From: Octopus sinensis
Lineage: Eukaryota
NCBI RefSeq assembly: GCF_006345805.1
Contig: NC_043024.1
Coordinates: 6,076,001-6,140,000 of the forward strand
Direction: 5' to 3'
DNA length: 64,000 nt
The notes under the pieces are model-generated. The model was not told where the DNA came from. It saw only the letters and a list, made by a program, of their open reading frames with translations, and did not search any database. A program made the position numbers and the translations under genes. Shown here in pieces: positions 62,797 through 64,000 of this stretch (the first letter of the stretch is position 1; each line of letters begins with the position of its first letter).

Positions 62797-63134
62797 ATAT
62801 TAATAGTTATCGCCATACTAATATGGCAGTCTTATAAATATAAGACTAAAGCTGTCGCTGATTAGCTCCAAGAGGCCACCGCCTCTAGCTACCTATATGA
62901 CACACGAACCTGCGTCCATTATAAACCTTCGAACAGGGCAACAACCCTGAAACATGTCTGCAGATGTCTGACTAGCAAGGTGAAGCGGCTGACCTCCCCT
63001 GTTTGAAGGTTGTAATGGACGCAGGTTCATGTGTCATATAGCTAGCTTGAGGCGGTGGCCTCTTGGAGCTAATCAGCGACAGCTTTAGTCTTATATTTAG
63101 ACTGCCATATTAGTATGGCGATAACTATTAATAT
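62797..63134. repeat. Fold-back/MITE-like element, about 140-bp arms with a 58-nt spacer
   Basis: 62797-62938 resembles the reverse complement of 62997-63134. Confidence 0.9.
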
Positions 63135-63311
63135 CTAGTAATGCTGCTGTAATCTCCTTTAGAGAGACTTAGTAATTTTAATATTTCTATTACTTATATA
63201 TATATATATATATATAAGCACATATAATACGCAAATTCGTGGGTCCAGTTTTGTGGAACAACTAGATTTCCACTGAGGCATAATATCATCAGACCAAACA
63301 TTTTAAAACTA

Positions 63312-63877
63312 TTGGGTTGTCCGGAAAGTTCGTGCCGATTTTTCAAGAAAAGAAAAAGGTCAATAAATACTTGCCATTACATTTTTAATCAACCAAATAT
63401 GAACCATTTTGTTGCACAATGCGTCTCCATCTTTCCTTTAACTTGAAAATACTCTCTTCCCAGAATTGAGGTGGTTTCATGGCAAAGAATACATCAAGGT
63501 ATCTTTTTACGTCATTCAAGGAATTGAAATTTTTACCATTAAGACTATTCTGCAGAGACCTGAATAAGTGGAAATCCGAAGGAGCAATATCTGGTGAATA
63601 TGGAGGGTAGGGTAACACATCTCAGCCAAGCTGCAGCAATTTTTGTCTGGTTCCCAAAGCATCAAGTACCGAAAATGAACTTTCTTATCTTCCATTTTAA
63701 AGGGTTACAGAATTAACACAGGTTATAGGAACATAAACCTTCTTCCACGAAAAGATAGCTTAAACTCTGCTCTAAATGGAGGTGTAGTCAAATCCTATTT
63801 TATGGACTCAACCACGTTCTAAAATAAATCGAAAGGTAAGCTACTATAAATCGGCACAAACTTTCCAGACAACCCAA
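63312..63877 (-). mobile_element. Internally deleted mariner element with both TIRs and TA TSD
   Basis: TIRs TTGGGTTGTCCGGAAAGTTCGTGCCGATTT and AAATCGGCACAAACTTTCCAGACAACCCAA; N-terminal MEIRKVHFRYLML joined to C-terminal PYPPYSPDIAPSDFHLF...ERWRRIVQQNGSY. Confidence 0.92.
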
Positions 63878-64000
63878 TAGAAAAATCTGCCCTTATAAGT
63901 CTTATATTTAATTGGAAAAAAAAAATTTTTTCTAAAAGTTATGTCAAGAGAAACATGGAAACATGAAAACCAGACCTCATGTTTTAACTTTATTCACACA

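Overview
AT-rich, microsatellite- and SINE-dense animal genomic DNA; the repeat families look like those of an Octopus (cephalopod) genome. One 100-N scaffold gap lies at 17631-17730. One host gene is well supported: a plus-strand wolframin (WFS1) ortholog with four coding exons (31940-32156, 40803-41003, 41826-41965, 43104-44867). All junctions are GT-AG and in phase, giving 2322 nt or 773 aa from the ATG at 31940; an upstream exon is possible but not established. The rest is mostly mobile DNA: several tRNA-derived SINE families, RTE LINE ends (one with RT plus an embedded PHD-type finger), an R4/Dong-like relic, mariner and DD37D (maT-like) relics, and two short Helitrons. The most unusual signal is a set of unrelated short elements carrying minimal type I hammerhead ribozyme folds (about 1946, 9172, 24930/25964 and 52073, plus decayed ones at 57.9, 60.7 and 63.3 kb). 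Two sit inside near-perfect fold-back palindromes in (TA)n tracts, where one arm keeps the core and the mirror arm has a core lesion, and several show a CCGANGA (U4C) core. Also seen: three local templated duplications, a recursive-splice-like CAG|GTAAG at WFS1 exon 3, an octopus Ala at the position of human WFS1 Glu830, and a CpG-retention island inside WFS1 intron 1. All coordinates, alignments and folds were done by eye and may be off by a few nt; no database searches were run, and human WFS1 numbering is from memory.
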